A stretch of DNA of 64,000 nt from Nitrospirota bacterium. GTDB taxonomy: Bacteria > Nitrospirota > Thermodesulfovibrionia > Thermodesulfovibrionales > UBA9159. Position 1 is the first letter of the stretch, and the number at the start of each line of letters is the position of its first letter. A program made the position numbers and the translations under genes. The stretch is from assembly GCA_963699545.1 (NCBI GenBank), contig CAVOUE010000005.1, forward strand, positions 192,001 through 256,000, in the 5' to 3' direction. The notes beneath the pieces are model-generated. The model had not been told where the DNA came from and searched no databases. It saw nothing but the letters and a program-made list of their open reading frames with translations. This document shows, in pieces, positions 62,504-64,000 of the stretch.

Positions 62504-63364
62504 TCAAGAGGATCCCTCTCCATAATCCCTGACCGTAATGTATCCGGACAGGAGGATCATAACGCCGCCGATCACGGTTCTATAATCGATCCCTTCCCCG
62601 AGGAAGGCTACTCCGAGTAGAATGGCACAGAGCGGTTCGAGATAGCCGAGGATCGCTGCTCTGTTGGCGGTGACCTCCTGCATCCCCTTGAAATAGAGAA
62701 CTGGTGCAATGGCGGAGTGGACGACCCCCATCACAATAAATGCCCAGACTGCAGAGAGAAGACCCAGGTGGATCTCAACAAAGGGCAGCAGGAGCAGCGC
62801 AATGATAGTGTTCTGGAAAAATGTCATGAGAACGGGGTGGAAGTTCCGGGCAAATATCCTGAAAAGTATTACGAGCACGGCATAGGCGAACCCTGACAGG
62901 AGTCCTGCCAGAATACCGCCGGTGTTCCTGTCGCCGGCCACCGCGAGATCAATGAATTGACCGGCCGTGATCCCGAGCATGATCCATAACCCGGCAGAAG
63001 CTGCAGCAACCGCCAGGAGTATCCTGACTGTCAGCCGTTCCTTCAGGAAGACCGGAGCAAGAAAGGCCACGAGCACAGGCGCAGTGTAATGGGTAAGCAC
63101 AGCGTTTGCCACCGACGTATTCTTGTATGCATAGAAAAAGGAGAACGAATTCACCAGGCTTATAGGTCCGAGAACGAGCAGGGAAGCAAGGGCCCTCCCT
63201 CCGGGGATTTCGGCACGGAACTTCCTCGAGAAGAAGGCCGACCCCATTATCAATGAAGAGATGAGGCAGGAGAAAAAGATCAGCTCGCGTACCGGAACAC
63301 CTGAGAGCCTGATGACGACGGGAAGGGAGCCCCACAGGAAGATGGCAACAAGGATATAGACCAT
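62504..63364 (-). CDS. EamA/DMT-family transporter
   Basis: About 10 TM helices, YTAPVLVAFLAPVFLKE, YLEPL..LGE. Confidence 0.9.
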   Translation of the reverse strand: MVYILVAIFLWGSLPVVIRLSGVPVRELIFFSCLISSLIMGSAFFSRKFRAEIPGGRALASLLVLGPISLVNSFSFFYAYKNTSVANAVLTHYTAPVLVAFLAPVFLKERLTVRILLAVAAASAGLWIMLGITAGQFIDLAVAGDRNTGGILAGLLSGFAYAVLVILFRIFARNFHPVLMTFFQNTIIALLLLPFVEIHLGLLSAVWAFIVMGVVHSAIAPVLYFKGMQEVTANRAAILGYLEPLCAILLGVAFLGEGIDYRTVIGGVMILLSGYITVRDYGEGSS

Positions 63365-63417
63365 TCAGGTTACAGGTACAATCTTATGAAAGCCATCAGT
63401 CTTTCCCCGCCCAGTGC

Positions 63418-64000
63418 CTATAGCCGTACGCCCGGTGCCTCTATCTGTCGTAACACAAATTCCCTGATCTCTTTGTGGGACGGCATGCCGACGCAGTACT
63501 GCCCGTTGTCCAGGACAGGGACAAGGATATCCTTCAACAGCCCGCCGCATTCGCACACACGGCGTTCATCGCCATAGGGAACGATCGACCCCTTATCGCA
63601 TGCAGCACATCTGAGGACGCTCTTGGTTCCGGACCACTTGCCCCTCTTCGCAACGGGCTTCCCTTCGATCTCCATGATGTCCATGGCATAGTCGACCACA
63701 GCGGCATTACTGATGGACGTCCCGATACCATACCCGTCCACCACAGGGTTCAGGGCAGGCACGTCTTCCTCCTTTATGCCTCCGCTGACGTAAAACTTTA
63801 TATTTTTGTATCCCCTTAGATCCAGCTCCCACCTGCACTCTTCAAGGATACGGAAAAAATTGCCGCGCCTCGACGCAGGGGTATCAAACCGAACGGCAAA
63901 AAGATGCCCGCCCATAGCCCCTGCCACATTCAGCACCTCGAACTTCTCATCCAGGAACGTATCGATCAAGGCAACCCTTTTGAGTTTCGGTTCGAGGACC
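63418..64000 (-). CDS. pncB: Nicotinate phosphoribosyltransferase (C-terminal part; 5'-truncated by window)
   Basis: ALIDTF, VRFDTPASRRG, VSGGI, YGIGTSI, DIMEIEG..AKRGK. Confidence 0.85.
   Translation of the reverse strand, partial: VLEPKLKRVALIDTFLDEKFEVLNVAGAMGGHLFAVRFDTPASRRGNFFRILEECRWELDLRGYKNIKFYVSGGIKEEDVPALNPVVDGYGIGTSISNAAVVDYAMDIMEIEGKPVAKRGKWSGTKSVLRCAACDKGSIVPYGDERRVCECGGLLKDILVPVLDNGQYCVGMPSHKEIREFVLRQIEAPGVRL

Overview
Bacterial chromosomal window, moderately GC-rich. Gene content and protein style suggest Nitrospirota (Thermodesulfovibrionia-like) or a deltaproteobacterium-like lineage; this is inference only. Most of it is housekeeping: rpoN-hpf-rapZ-iscS, pnp-rpsO, panB, scpB, moeA, rlmD, glgA-galT, nadC, valS, pyrK/pyrD, greA, proS, rne, lysS-lolE, pncB. 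More than a dozen genes, including essential ones, carry single-base frameshifts, which most likely reflect sequencing or assembly indels. The stand-out region is 7.9-26 kb on the minus strand. An exopolysaccharide-export block (secreted protein, OM beta-barrel, Wza, Wzc, O-antigen ligase-TPR) is followed by a predicted sigma-54 operon. That operon encodes a 2551-aa surface protein ending in an intact gingipain/PorU-like C25 domain, directly coupled to a RiPP cassette: PqqD/RRE, radical SAM-SPASM, a 62-aa Cys-containing precursor with a lasso-type YxxPxL leader and C-terminal Ser, an HPr-kinase-like protein and a soluble S26-type peptidase. Other notable items: an AT-rich islet of two inverted-repeat-bracketed cassettes (a SIR2-like gene and an unannotated 41-aa membrane peptide), a candidate FmdB-family selenoprotein with a bSECIS-like hairpin, a palindromic element translated in-frame inside valS, a RomR-like regulator, and an ATP-grasp/7TM-transglutaminase/aspartyl-protease trio. 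No rRNA, tRNA, CRISPR array or transposase was recognised.
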